Source: Antedon mediterranea
Taxonomy: Eukaryota; Animalia; Echinodermata
Direction: 5' to 3'
Assembly (NCBI RefSeq): GCF_964355755.1
Contig: NC_092672.1
Coordinates: 16,815,237-16,879,236 of the forward strand
DNA length: 64,000 nt
The notes under the pieces were generated by a model that had not been told where the DNA came from, made no database searches, and saw only the letters and a list, made by a program, of their open reading frames with translations. Below, piece after piece: positions 36,806 to 52,500 of this stretch. The position numbers and the translations under genes were made by a program. Numbering within the stretch: the stretch's first letter is position 1; each line of letters opens with the position of its first letter.

Positions 36806-39800
36806 TTAAAGAGCACAAAATAGCTTAATATCGTATTTAAAAACGTTTTTGACCATTTTGAGCATTTCGACAAAAATTTTTCACACAAAACAGCAAAGTG
36901 TACAGAATAGCTTCAAATCGTATTTGGAGACGTTTTAGACCTTTTTGTGATTTCCGAAAAAACTTGTTAACATAAAAACACCAAAGTGCTTAGAATAGCT
37001 TCAAATCGCATTTGGAGACGTTTTAGACCATTTTGTGATTTTCGAAAAAACTTGTTAACATAAAAACACCAAAGTGCTTAGAATAGCTTCAAATCGCATT
37101 TTGAGACATTTTAGACCCTTTTGTGATTTTCGAAAAAACTTGGTTACACAAAAACACCAAAGTGCTTAAAATAGCTTCAAATTGCATTTGGAGAAGTTTT
37201 AGACCATTTTGTGATTTTCGAAAAAACTTGTTACCATAAAAACACCAAAGTGCTTAGATTAGCTTCAAATCGCATTTTGAGACATTTTAGACCATTTTGT
37301 GTTTTTCGAAAAAACTTGTTAACATAAAAACATCAAAGTGTACAGAATAGCTTCAAATCGCATTTGGAGACGTTTTAGACCATTTTGTGATTTTCGAAAA
37401 AACTTGTTAACATAAAAACATCAAAGTGCTTAGAATAGCTTCAAATCGCATTTGGAGACGTTTTAGACCATTTTGTGATTTTCGAAAAAACTTGTTAACA
37501 TAAAAACACCAAAGTGCTTAGAATAGCTTCAAATCGCATTTTGAGACATTTTAGACCCTTTTGTGATTTTCGAAAAAACTTGGTTACACAAAAACACCAA
37601 AGTGCTTAGAATAGCTTCAAATCGCATTTGGAGACGTTTTAGACCATGTTGTGATTTTCGAAAAACTTTTTAACATAAAAACACCAAAGTGCTAAGAATA
37701 GCTTCAAATCGCATTTGGAGACATTTTAGACCACTTTGTGATTTTCGAAAAAACTTGTTAACATAAAAACATCAAAGTGCTTAAAATCACATTAGAAACC
37801 GTTTTAGACCATTTTGAGCATTTCGACAAAAAATTTTCACACAAAACAGCAAAGTGTACAGAATAGCTTTAAATCGTATTTGGAGACGTTTTAGACCTTT
37901 TTTTGTGATTTTCGAAAAAACTTGTTAACATAAAAACACCAAAGTGCTTAGAATAGCTTCAAATCGCATTTGGAGACGTTTTAGACCATTTTTTGATTTT
38001 CGAAAAAACTTGTTACCATAAAAACACCAAAGTGCTTAGAATAGCTTCAAATCGCATTTTGAGACGTTTTAGACCATTCTGTGATTTTCGAAAAAACTTG
38101 TTAACATAAAAACATCAAAGTGCTTAAAATCACATTAGAAACCGTTTTAGACCATTTTGAGCATTTCGATAAAACTTTTCACATAAAAACATCAAAGAGC
38201 ACAAAATAGTATTTCGTATTTCGTATCGTATTTAAAAACGTTTTTGACCATTTTGAGCATTTAGACAAAAAATTTTCAAACAAAACAGCAAAGTGCACAG
38301 AATAACTTCAAATCGCATTTGGAGACGTTTTAGACCATTCTGTGATTTTCGAAAAAACTTGTTAACATAAAAACATCAAAGTGCTTAAAATCACATTAGA
38401 AACCGTTTTAGACCATTTTGAGCATTTCGATAAAACTTTTCACAAAAAAACATTAAAGAGCACAAAATAGCTTAATATCGTATTTAAAAACGTTTTTGAC
38501 CATTTTGAGCATTTCGACAAAAATTTTTCACACAAAACAGCAAAGTGTACAGAATAGCTTCAAATCGTATTTGGAGACGTTTTAGACCTTTTTGTGATTT
38601 TCGAAAAAACTTGTTAACATAAAAACACCAAAGTGCTTAGAATAGCTTCAAATCGCATTTGGAGACGTTTTAGACCATTTTTTGATTTTCGAAAAAACTT
38701 GTTAACATAAAAACATCAAAGTGCTTAAAATCACATTAGAATCCGTTTTAGACCATTTTGAGCATTTCGATAAAACTTTTCAAACAAAAACATCAAAGAG
38801 CACAAAATAGCTTAATATCGTATTTAAAAACGTTTTTGACCATTTTCAGCATTTCGACAAAAAATTTTCACACAAAACAGCAAAGTGCACAGAATAACTT
38901 CAAATCGCATTTGGAGACGTTTTAGACAATTTTGTGATTTTCGAAAAAACTTGTTAACATAAAAACACCAAAGTGCTAAGAATAGCTTCAAATCGCATTT
39001 TAGACCATTTTGTGTTTTTCGAAAAAACTTGTTAACATAAAAACACCAAAGTGCTTAGAATAGCTTCAAATCGCATTTTGAGACATTTTAGACCCTTTTG
39101 TGATTTTCGAAAAAACTTGGTTACACAAAAACACCAAAGTGCTTAAAATAGCTTCAAATTGCATTTGGAGACGTTTTAGACCATTTTGTGATTTTCGAAA
39201 AAACTTGTTACCATAAAAACACCAAAGTGCTTAGATTAGCTTCAAATCGCATTTTGAGACATTTTAGACCCTTTTGTGATTTTCGAAAAAACTTGTTAAC
39301 ATAAAAATTCCAAAGTGCTAAGAATAGCTTCAAATCGCATTTGGAGACATTTTAGACCACTTTGTGATTTTCGAAAAAACTTGTTAACATAAAAACATCA
39401 AAGTGCTTAAAATCACATTAGAAACCGTTTTAGACCATTTTGAGCATTTCGATAAAACTTTTCACACAAAAACATCAAAGAGCACAAAATAGCTTAATAT
39501 CGTAAAAACATCAAAGTGCTTAAAATCACATTAGAAACCGTTTTAGACCATTTTGAGCATTTCGATAAAACTTTTCACACAAAAACATCAAAGAGCACAA
39601 AATAGCTTAATATCGTATTTAAAAACGTTTTTGACCATTTTGAGCATTTCGAAAAAAAAATTTTCACACAAAACAGCAAAGTGCACAGAATAACTTCAAA
39701 TCGCATTTGGAGACGTTTTAGACCTTATTGTGATTTTCGAAAAAACTTGTTAACATAAAAACACCAAAGTGCTAAGAATAGCTTCAAATCGCATTTGGAG

Positions 39801-42800
39801 ACATTTTAGACTATTTTGTGTTTTTCGAAAAAACTTGTTAACATAAAAACATCAAAGTGTACAGAATAGCTTCAAATCGCATTTTGAGACATTTTAGACT
39901 ATTTTGTGATTTTCGAAAAAACTTGTTAACATAAAAACATCAAAGTGCTTAAAATCACATTAGAAACCGTTTTAGACCATTTTAAGCATTTCGATAAAAC
40001 TTTTCACACAAAAACATCAAAGAGCACAAAATAGCTTAATATCGTATTTAAAAACGTTTTTGACCATTTTGAGCATTTCGACAAAAAATTTTTACACAAA
40101 ACAGCAAAGTGCACAGAATAACTTCAAATCGCATTTGGAGACGTTTTAGACCATTTTGTGATTTTCGAAAAAACTTGTTAACATAAAAACAGCAAAGTGC
40201 TTCAAATCACATTAGAAACCGTTTTAGACCATTTTGAGCATTTCGACAAAAAATTTTCACACAAAACAGCAAAGTGTACAGAATAGCTTCAAATCGTATT
40301 TGCAGACGTTTTAGACCTTTTTGAGATTTTCGAAAAAACTTGTTAACATAAAAACATCAAAGTGCTTAAAATCACATTAGAAACCGTTTTAGACCATTTT
40401 GAGCATTTCGACAAAAATTTTTCACACAAAACAGCAAAGTGTACAGAATAGCTTCAAATCGTATTTGGAGACGTTTTAGACCTTTTTGTGATTTTCGAAA
40501 AAACTTGTTAACATAAAAACACCAAAGTGCTTAGAATAGCTTCAAATCGCATTTGGAGACGTTTTAGACCATTTTTTGATTTTCGAAAAAACTTGTTAAC
40601 TTAAAAACACCAAAGTGCTTAGAATAGCTTCAAATCGCATTTTGAGACGTTTTAGACCATTCTGTGATTTTCGAAAAAACTTGTTAACATAAAAACATCA
40701 AAGTGCTTAAAATCACATTAGAATCCGTTTTAGACCATTTTGAGCATTTCGATAAAACTTTTCAAACAAAAACATCAAAGAGCACAAAATAGCTTAATAT
40801 CGTATTTAAAAACGTTTTTGACCATTTTGACCATTTCGACAAAAAATTTTCACACAAAACAGCAAAGTGCACAGAATAACTTCAAATCGCATTTTGAGAC
40901 ATTTTAGACCCTTTTGTGATTTTCGAAAAAACTTGGTTACACAAAAACACCAAAGTGCTTAAAATAGCTTAAAATCGCATTTGGAGAAGTTTTAAACCAT
41001 TTTGTGATTTTCGAAAAAACTTGTTAACATAAAAACATCAAAGTGTACAGAATAACTTCAAATCGCATTTGGAGACGTTTTAGACCATTTTGTGATTTTT
41101 GAAAAAACTTGTTAACATAAAAACACCAAAGTGCTTAGAATAGCTTCAAATCGCATTTTGAGACGTTTTAGACCATTCTGTGATTTTCGAAAAAACTTGT
41201 TAACATAAAAACATCAAAGTGCTTAAGATCACATTAGAAACCGTTTTAGACCATTTTGAGCATTTCGATAAAACTTTTCACACAAAAACATCAAAGAGCA
41301 CAAAATAGCCTAATATCGTATTTAAAAATGTTTTTGACCATTTTGAGCATTTCGAAAAAACTTGTTAACATAAAAACACCAAAGTGCTTAGAATAGCTTC
41401 AAATCGCATTTTGAGACATTTTAGACCCTTTTGTGATTTTCAAAAAAACTTGGTTACACAAAAACACCAAAGTGCTTAAAATAGCTTCAAATCGCATTTT
41501 GAGACGTTTTAGACCCTTTTGTGATTTTCGAAAAAACTTGTTAACATAAAAACATCAAAGTGCTTAGAATCACATTAGAAACCGTTTTAGACCATTTTGA
41601 GCATTTCGATAAAACTTTTCACACAAAAACATCAAAGAGCACAAAATAGCTTAATATCGTATTTAAAAACGTTTGTGACCATTTTTTAGCATTTCGACAA
41701 AAATTTTTCACACAAAACAGCAAAGTGTACAGAATAGCTTCAAATCGTATTTGGAGACGTTTTAGACCTTTTTGTGATTTTCGAAAAAACTTGTTACCAT
41801 AAAAACACCAAAGTGCTTAGAATAGCTTCAAATCGCATTTTGAGACGTTTTAGACCATTCTGTGATTTTCGAAAAAACTTGTTAACATAAAAACATCAAA
41901 GTGCTTAAAATCACATTAGAAACCGTTTTAGACAATTTTGAGCATTTCGATAAAACTTTTCACACAAAAACATCAAAGAGCACAAAATAGCTTAATATCG
42001 TATTTAAAAACGTTTTTGAGCATTTTGAGCATTTCGACAAAAAATTTTCAAACAAAACAGCAAAGTGCACAGAATAACTTAAAATCGCATTTGGAGACGT
42101 TTTAGACCATTTTGTGATTTTCGAAAAAACTTGTTAACATAAAAACACCAAAGTGCTTAGAATGGCTTCAAATCGCATTTGGAGACATTTTAGACTATTT
42201 TGTGATTTTCGAAAAAACTTAAGATAAAAATATCAAAGTGCTTCAAATCACATTAGAAACCGTTTTAGACCATTTTGAGCATTTCGACAAAAAATTTTCA
42301 CACAAAACAGCAAAGTGTACAGAATAGCTTCAAATCGTATTTGGAGACGTTTTAGACCTTTTTGTGATTTTCGAAAAAACTTGTTAACATAAAAACACCA
42401 AAGTGCTTAGAATAGCTTCAAATCGCATTTTGAGACGTTTTAGACCATTCTGTGATTTTCGAAAAAACTTGTTAACATAAAAACATCAAAGTGCTTCAAA
42501 TCACATTAGAAATCGTTTTAGACCATTTTGAGCATTTCGACAAAAAATTTTCACACAAAACAGCAAAGTGTACAGAATAGCTTCAAATCGTATTTGCAGA
42601 CGTTTTAGACCTTTTTGAGATTTTCGAAAAAACTTGTTAACATAAAAACATCAAAGTGCTTCAAATCACATTAGAAACCGTTTTAGACCATTTTGAGCAT
42701 TTCGACAAAAAATGTTCACACAAAACAGCAAAGTTTACAGAATAGCTTCAAATCGTACTTGGAGACGTTTTAGACCTTTTTGTGATTTTCGAAAAAACTT

Positions 42801-43599
42801 GTTAACATAAAAACACCAAAGTGCTTAGAATAGCTTCAAATCGCATTTGGAGACGTTTTAGACCATTTTTTGATTTTCGAAAAAACTTGTTAACATAAAA
42901 ACATCAAAGTGCTTAAAATCACATTAGAAACCGTTTTAGACCATTTTGAGCATTTCGATAAAACTTTTCAAACAAAAACATCAAAGAGCACAAAATAGCT
43001 TAATATCGTATTTAAAAACGTTTTTGACCATTTTGAGCATTTCGACAAAAAATGTTCACACAAAACAGCAAAGTGCACAGAATAGCTTCAAATCGCATTT
43101 GGAGACGTTTTAGACCATTTTGTGATTTTCGAAAAAACTTGTTAACATAAAAACACCAAAGTGCTAAGAATAGCTTCAAATCGCATTTGGAGACATTTTA
43201 GACCATTTTGTGATTTCCGAAAAAACTTGTTAAGATAAAAACATCAAAGTGTACAGAATAGCTTCAAATCGCATTCGGAGACGTTTTAGACCATTTTGTG
43301 ATTTTCGAAAAAACTTGTTAACATAAAAACATCAAAGTGTACAGAATAACTTCAAATCGCATTTGGAGACGTTTTAGACCATTTTGTGATTTTTGAAAAA
43401 ACTTGTTAACATAAAAACACCAAAGTGCTTAGAATAGCTTCAAATCGCATTTTGAGACATTTTATACCCTTTTGTGATTTTCGAAAAAACTTGTTAACAT
43501 AAAAACACCAAAGTGCTTAGAATAGCTTCAAATCGCATTTTGAGACATTTTAGACCCTTTTGTGATTTTCGAAAAAACTTGTTAACATAAAAATTCCAA

Positions 43600-46500
43600 A
43601 GTGCTAAGAATAGCTTCAAATCGCATTTGGAGACATTTTAGACAACTTTGTGATTTTCGAAAAAACTTGTTAACATAAAAACATCAAAGTGCTTAAAATC
43701 ACATTAGAAACCGTTTTAGACCATTTTGAGCATTTCGACAAAAAATTTTCACACAAAACAGCAAAGTGTACAGAATAGCTTCAAATCGTATTTGGAGACG
43801 TTTTAGACCTTTTTGTGATTTTCAAAAAAACTTGTTAACATAAAAACACCAAAGTGCTTAGAATAGCTTCAAATCGCATTTGGAGACGTTTTAGACCATT
43901 TTTTGATTTTCGAAAAAACTTGTTACCATAAAAACACCAAAGTGCTTAGAATAGCTTCAAATCGCATTTTGAGACGTTTTAGACCATTCTGTGATTTTCA
44001 AAAAAACTTGTTAACATAAAAACATCAAAGTGCTTAAAATCACATTAGAAACCGTTTTAGACCATTTTGAGCATTTCGATAAAACTTTTCACACAAAAAC
44101 ATCAAAGAGCACAAAATAGCTTAATATCGTATTTAAAAACGTTTTTGACCATTTTGAGCATTTAGACAAAAAATTTTCAAACAAAACAGCAAAGTGCACA
44201 GAATAACTTCAAATCGCATTTGGAGACGTTTTAGACCATTCTGTGATTTTCGAAAAAACTTGTTAACATAAAAACATCAAAGTGCTTAAAATTATATTTT
44301 TAGAAACCGTTTTAGACCATTTTGAGCATTTCGATAAAACTTTTCACACAAAAACATTAAAGAGCACAAAATAGCTTAATATCGTATTTAAAAACGTTTT
44401 TGACCATTTTGAGCATTTCGACAAAAATTTTTCACACAAAACAGCAAAGTGTACAGAATAGCTTCAAATCGTATTTGGAGACGTTTTAGACCTTTTTGTG
44501 ATTTTCGAAAAAACTTGTTAACATAAAAACACCAAAGTGCTTAGAATAGCTTCAAATCGCATTTTGAGACGTTTTAGACCATTCTGTGATTTTCGAAAAA
44601 ACTTGTTAACATAAAAACATCAAAGTGCTTAAAATCACATTAGAATCCGTTTTAGACCATTTTGAGCATTTCGATAAAACTTTTCAAACAAAAACATCAA
44701 AGAGCACAAAATAGCTTAATATCGTATTTAAAAACGTTTTTGACCATTTTGAGCATTTCGACAAAAAATTTTCACACAAAACAGCAAAGTGCACAGAATA
44801 ACTTCAAATCGCATTTGGAGACGTTTTAGACCATTTTGTGATTTTCGAAAAAACTTGTTAACATAAAAACACCAAAGTGCTAAGAATAGCTTCAAATCGC
44901 ATTTGGAGACATTTTAGACCATTTTGTGATTTTCGAAAAAACTTGGTAAGATAAAAACATCAAAGTGTACACAATAGCTTCAAATCGCATTTGGAGACGT
45001 TTTAGACCATTTTGTGATTTTCGAAAAAACTTGTTAACATAAAAATTCCAAAGTGCTAAGAATAGCTTCAAATCGCATTTGGGGACATTTTAGACCATTT
45101 TGTGATTTTCGAAAAAACTTGTTAACATAAAAACATCAAAGTGTACAGAATAGCTTCAAATCGCATTTGGAGACGTTTTAGACCATTCTGTGATTTTCGA
45201 AAAAACTTGTTAAGATAAAAACATCAAAGTGCTTAAAATCACATTAGAAACCGTTTTAGACCATTTTGAGCATTTCGATAAAACTTTTCACACAAAAACA
45301 TCAAAGAGCACAAAATAGCTTAATATCGTATTTAAAAACGTTTTTGACCATTTTGAGCATTTCGACAAAAAATTTTCAAACAAAACAGCAAAGTGCACAG
45401 AATAACTTCAAATCGCATTTGGAGACGTTTTAGACCATTTTGTGATTTTCGAAAAAACTTGTTAACATAAAAACACCAAAGTGCTTAGAATAGCTTCAAA
45501 TCGCATTTGGAGACGTTTTAGACCATGTTGTGATTTTCGAAAAAACTTTTTAACATAAAAACACCAAAGTGCTTAGAATGGCTTCAAATCGCATTTGGAG
45601 ACATTTTAGACTGTTTTGTGATTTTCGAAAAAACTTAAGATAAAAATATCAAAGTGCTTCAAATCACATTAGAAACCGTTTTAGACCATTTTGAGCATTT
45701 CGACAAAAATTTTTCACACAAAACAGCAAAGTGTACAGAATAGCTTCAAATCGTATTTGGAGACGTTTTAGACCTTTTTGTGATTTTCGAAAAAACTTGT
45801 TAACATAAAAACACCAAAGTGCTTAGAATAGCTTCAAATCGCATTTTGAGACGTTTTAGACCATTCTGTGATTTTCGAAAAAACTTGTTAACATAAAAAC
45901 ATCAAAGTGCTTCAAATCACATTAGAAACCGTTTTAGACCATTTTGAGCATTTCGACAAAAAATTTTCACACAAAACAGCAAAGTGTACAGAATAGCTTC
46001 AAATCGTATTTGCAGACGTTTTAGACCTTTTTGAGATTTTCGAAAAAACTTGTTAACATAAAAACATCAAAGTGCTTCAAATCACATTAGAAACCGTTTT
46101 AGACCATTTTGAGCATTTCGACAAAAATTTTTCACACAAAACAGCAAAGTGTACAGAATAGCTTCAAATCGTATTTGGAGACGTTTTAGACCTTTTTGTG
46201 ATTTTCGAAAAAACTTGTTAACATAAAAACACCAAAGTGCTTAGAATAGCTTCAAATCGCATTTGGAGACGTTTTAGACCATTTTTTGATTTTCGAAAAA
46301 ACTTGTTAACATAAAAACACCAAAGTGCTTAGAATAGCTTCAAATCGCATTTTGAGACGTTTTAGACCATTCTGTGATTTTCGAAAAAACTTGTTAACAT
46401 AAAAACATCAAAGTGCTTAAAATCACATTAGAATCCGTTTTAGACCATTTTGAGCATTTCGATAAAACTTTTCAAACAAAAACATCAAAGAGCACAAAAT

Positions 46501-49500
46501 AGCTTAATATCGTATTTAAAAACGTTTTTGACCATTTTGAGCATTTCGACAAAAAATTTTCACACAAAACAGCAAAGTGCACAGAATAACTTCAAATCGC
46601 ATTTGGAGACGTTTTAGACCATTTTGTGATTTTCGAAAAAACTTGTTAACATAAAAACACCAAAGTGCTTAGAATAGCTTCAAATCGCATTTTGAGTCGT
46701 TTTAGACCATGTTGTGATTTTCGAAAAAACTTGTTAAGATAAAAACATCAAAGTGTACACAATAGCTTCAAATCGCATTTGGAGACGTTTTAGACCTTTT
46801 TGTGATTTTCGAAAAAACTTGTTAACATAAAAACACCAAAGTGCTTAGAATAGCTTCAAATCGCATTTGGAGACGTTTTAGACCATTTTTTAATTTTCGA
46901 AAAAACTTGTTAACATAAAAACATCAAAGTGCTTAAAATCACATTAGAAACCGTTTTATACCATTTTGAGCATTTCGATAAAACTTTTCAAACAAAAACA
47001 TCAAAGAGCACAAAATAGCTTAATATCGTATTTAAAAACGTTTTTGACCATTTTGAGCATTTCGACAAAAAATGTTCACACAAAACAGCAAAGTGCACAG
47101 AATAGCTTCAAATCGCATTTGGAGACGTTTTAGACCATTTTGTGATTTTCGAAAAAACTTGTTAACATAAAAACACCAAAGTGCTAAGAATAGCTTCAAA
47201 TCGCATTTGGAGACATTTTAGACCATTTTGTGATTTCCGAAAAAACTTGTTAAGATAAAAACATCAAAGTGTACAGAATAGCTTCAAATCGCATTCGGAG
47301 ACGTTTTAGACCATTTTGTGATTTTCGAAAAAACTTGTTAACATAAAAACATCAAAGTGTACAGAATAACTTCAAATCGCATTTGGAGACGTTTTAGACC
47401 ATTTTGTGATTTTTGAAAAAACTTGTTAACATAAAAACACCAAAGTGCTTAGAATAGCTTCAAATCGCATTTTGAGACATTTTATACCCTTTTGTGATTT
47501 TCGAAAAAACTTGTTAACATAAAAACACCAAAGTGCTTAGAATAGCTTCAAATCGCATTTTGAGACATTTTAGACCCTTTTGTGATTTTCGAAAAAACTT
47601 GTTAACATAAAAATTCCAAAGTGCTAAGAATAGCTTCAAATCGCATTTGGAGACATTTTAGACGACTTTGTGATTTTCGAAAAAACTTGTTAACATAAAA
47701 ACATCAAAGTGCTTAAAATCACATTAGAAACCGTTTTAGACCATTTTGAGCATTTCGACAAAAAATTTTCACACAAAACAGCAAAGTGTACAGAATAGCT
47801 TCAAATCGTATTTGGAGACGTTTTAGAGCTTTTTGTGATTTTCAAAAAAACTTGTTAACATAAAAACACCAAAGTGCTTAGAATAGCTTCAAATCGCATT
47901 TGGAGACGTTTTAGACCATTTTTTGATTTTCGAAAAAACTTGTTACCATAAAAACACCAAAGTGCTTAGAATAGCTTCAAATCGCATTTTGAGACGTTTT
48001 AGACCATTCTGTGATTTTCGAAAAAACTTGTTAACATAAAAACATCAAAGTGCTTAAAATCACATTAGAAACCGTTTTAGACCATTTTGAGCATTTCGAT
48101 AAAACTTTTCACACAAAAACATCAAAGAGCACAAAATAGCTTAATATCGTATTTAAAAACGTTTTTGACCATTTTGAGCATTTAGACAAAAAATTTTCAA
48201 ACAAAACAGCAAAGTGCACAGAATAACTTCAAATCGCATTTGGAGACGTTTTAGACCATTCTGTGATTTTCGAAAAAACTTGTTAACATAAAAACATCAA
48301 AGTGCTTAAAATCACATTAGAAACCGTTGTAGACCATTTTGAGCATTTCGATAAAACTTTTCAAACAAAAACATTAAAGAGCACAAAATAGCTTAATATC
48401 GTATTTAAAAACGTTTTTGACCATTTTGAGCATTTCGACAAAAATTTTTCAAACAAAACAGCAAAGTGTACAGAATAGCTTCAAATCGTATTTGGAGACG
48501 TTTTAGACCTTTTTGTGATTTTCGAAAAAACTTGTTAACATAAAAACACCAAAGTGCTTAGAATAGCTTCAAATCGCATTTGGAGACGTTTTAGACCATT
48601 TTTTGATTTTCGAAAAAACTTGTTAACTTAAAAACACCAAAGTGCTTAGAATAGCTTCAAATCGCATTTTGAGACGTTTTAGACCATTCTGTGATTTTCG
48701 AAAAAACTTGTTAACATAAAAACATCAAAGTGCTTAAAATCACATTAGAATCCGTTTTAGACCATTTTGAGCATTTCGATAAAACTTTTCAAACAAAAAC
48801 ATCAAAGAGCACAAAATAGCTTAATATCGTATTTAAAAACGTTTTTGACCATTTTGACCATTTCGACAAAAAATTTTCACACAAAACAGCAAAGTGCACA
48901 GAATAACTTCAAATCGCATTTTGAGACATTTTAGACCCTTTTGTGATTTTCGAAAAAACTTGGTTACACAAAAACACCAAAGTGCTTAAAATAGCTTAAA
49001 ATCGCATTTGGAGAAGTTTTAAACCATTTTGTGATTTTCGAAAAAACTTGTTAACATAAAAACATCAAAGTGTACAGAATAACTTCAAATCGCATTTGGA
49101 GACGTTTTAGACCATTTTGTGATTTTTGAAAAAACTTGTTAACATAAAAACACCAAAGTGCTTAGAATAGCTTCAAATCGCATTTTGAGACGTTTTAGAC
49201 CATTCTGTGATTTTTGAAAAAACTTGTTAACATAAAAACATCAAAGTGCTTAAGATCACATTAGAAACCGTTTTAGACCATTTTGAGCATTTCGATAAAA
49301 CTTTTCACACAAAAACATCAAAGAGCACAAAATAGCCTAATATCGTATTTAAAAATGTTTTTGACCATTTTGAGCATTTCGAAAAAACTTGTTAACATAA
49401 AAACACCAAAGTGCTTAGAATAGCTTCGAAAAAACTTGTTAAGATAAAAACATCAAAGTGTACAGAATAGCTTCAAATCGCATTCGGAGACGTTTTAGAC

Positions 49501-52500
49501 CATTTTGTGATTTTCGAAAAAACTTGTTAACATAAAAACATCAAAGTGTACAGAATAACTTCAAATCGCATTTGGAGACGTTTTAGACCATTTTGTGATT
49601 TTTGAAAAAACTTGTTAACATAAAAACACCAAAGTGCTTAGAATAGCTTCAAATCGCATTTTGAGACATTTTATACCCTTTTGTGATTTTCGAAAAAACT
49701 TGTTAACATAAAAACACCAAAGTGCTTAGAATAGCTTCAAATCGCATTTTGAGACATTTTAGACCCTTTTGTGATTTTCGAAAAAACTTGTTAACATAAA
49801 AATTCCAAAGTGCTAAGAATAGCTTCAAATCACATTAGAAATCGTTTTAGACCATGTTGTGATTTTCGAAAAAACTTTTTAACATAAAAACACCAAAGTG
49901 CTTAGAATGGCTTCAAATCGCATTTGGAGACATTTTAGACTGTTTTGTGATTTTCGAAAAAACTTAAGATAAAAATATCAAAGTGCTTCAAATCACATTA
50001 GAAACCGTTTTAGACCATTTTGAGCATTTCGACAAAAATTTTTCACACAAAACAGCAAAGTGTACAGAATAGCTTCAAATCGTATTTGGAGACGTTTTAG
50101 ACCTTTTTGTGATTTTCGAAAAAACTTGTTAACATAAAAACACCAAAGTGCTTAGAATAGCTTCAAATCGCATTTGGAGACGTTTTAGACCATTTTTTGA
50201 TTTTCGAAAAAACTTGTTAACATAAAAATTCCAAAGTGCTAAGAATAGCTTCAAATCGCATTTGGAGACATTTTAGACCACTTTGTGATTTTCGAAAAAA
50301 CTTGTTAACATAAAAACATCAAAGTGCTTAAAATCACATTAGAAACCGTTTTAGACCATTTTGAGCATTTCGACAAAAAATTTTCACACAAAACAGCAAA
50401 GTGTACAGAATAGCTTCAAATCGTATTTGGAGACGTTTTAGACCTTTTTGTGATTTTCAAAAAAACTTGTTAACATAAAAACACCAAAGTGCTTAGAATA
50501 GCTTCAAATCGCATTTGGAGACGTTTTAGACCATTTTTTGATTTTCGAAAAAACTTGTTAACATAAAAACACCAAAGTGCTTAGAATAGCTTCAAATCGC
50601 ATTTTGAGACGTTTTAGACCATTCTGTGATTTTCGAAAAAACTTGTTAACATAAAAACATCAAAGTGCTTAAAATCACATTAGAAACCGTTTTAGACCAT
50701 TTTGAGCATTTCGATAAAACTTTTCACACAAAAACATCAAAGAGCACAAAATAGCTTAATATCGTATTTAAAAACGTTTTTGACCATTTTGAGCATTTAG
50801 ACAAAAAATTTTCAAACAAAACAGCAAAGTGCACAGAATAACTTCAAATCGCATTTGGAGACGTTTTAGACCATTCTGTGATTTTCGAAAAAACTTGTTA
50901 ACATAAAAACATCAAAGTGCTTAAAATTATATTTTTAGAAACCGTTTTAGACCATTTTGAGCATTTCGATAAAACTTTTCACACAAAAACATTAAAGAGC
51001 ACAAAATAGCTTAATATCGTATTTAAAAACGTTTTTGACCATTTTGAGCATTTCGACAAAAATTTTTCACACAAAACAGCAAAGTGTACAGAATAGCTTC
51101 AAATCGTATTTGGAGACGTTTTAGACCTTTTTGTGATTTTCGAAAAAACTTGTTAACATAAAAACACCAAAGTGCTTAGAATAGCTTCAAATCGCATTTT
51201 GAGACGTTTTAGACCATTCTGTGATTTTCGAAAAAACTTGTTAACATAAAAACATCAAAGTGCTTAAAATCACATTAGAATCCGTTTTAGACCATTTTGA
51301 GCATTTCGATAAAACTTTTCAAACAAAAACATCAAAGAGCACAAAATAGCTTAATATCGTATTTAAAAACGTTTTTGACCATTTTGAGCATTTCGACAAA
51401 AAATTTTCACACAAAACAGCAAAGTGCACAGAATAACTTCAAATCGCATTTGGAGACGTTTTAGACCATTTTGTGATTTTCGAAAAAACTTGTTAACATA
51501 AAAACACCAAAGTGCTAAGAATAGCTTCAAATCGCATTTGGAGACATTTTAGACCATTTTGTGATTTTCGAAAAAACTTGGTAAGATAAAAACATCAAAG
51601 TGTACACAATAGCTTCAAATCGCATTTGGAGACGTTTTAGACCATTTTGTGATTTTCGAAAAAACTTGTTAACATAAAAATTCCAAAGTGCTAAGAATAG
51701 CTTCAAATCGCATTTGGGGACATTTTAGACCATTTTGTGATTTTCGAAAAAACTTGTTAACATAAAAACATCAAAGTGTACAGAATAGCTTCAAATCGCA
51801 TTTGGAGACGTTTTAGACCATTCTGTGATTTTCGAAAAAACTTGTTAAGATAAAAACATCAAAGTGCTTAAAATCACATTAGAAACCGTTTTAGACCATT
51901 TTGAGCATTTCGATAAAACTTTTCACACAAAAACATCAAAGAGCACAAAATAGCTTAATATCGTATTTAAAAACGTTTTTGACCATTTTGAGCATTTCGA
52001 CAAAAAATTTTCAAACAAAACAGCAAAGTGCACAGAATAACTTCAAATCGCATTTGGAGACGTTTTAGACCATTTTGTGATTTTCGAAAAAACTTGTTAA
52101 CATAAAAACACCAAAGTGCTTAGAATAGCTTCAAATCGCATTTGGAGACGTTTTAGACCATGTTGTGATTTTCGAAAAAACTTTTTAACATAAAAACACC
52201 AAAGTGCTTAGAATGGCTTCAAATCGCATTTGGAGACATTTTAGACTGTTTTGTGATTTTCGAAAAAACTTAAGATAAAAATATCAAAGTGCTTCAAATC
52301 ACATTAGAAACCGTTTTAGACCATTTTGAGCATTTCGACAAAAATTTTTCACACAAAACAGCAAAGTGTACAGAATAGCTTCAAATCGTATTTGGAGACG
52401 TTTTAGACCTTTTTGTGATTTTCGAAAAAACTTGTTAACATAAAAACACCAAAGTGCTTAGAATAGCTTCAAATCGCATTTTGAGACGTTTTAGACCATT

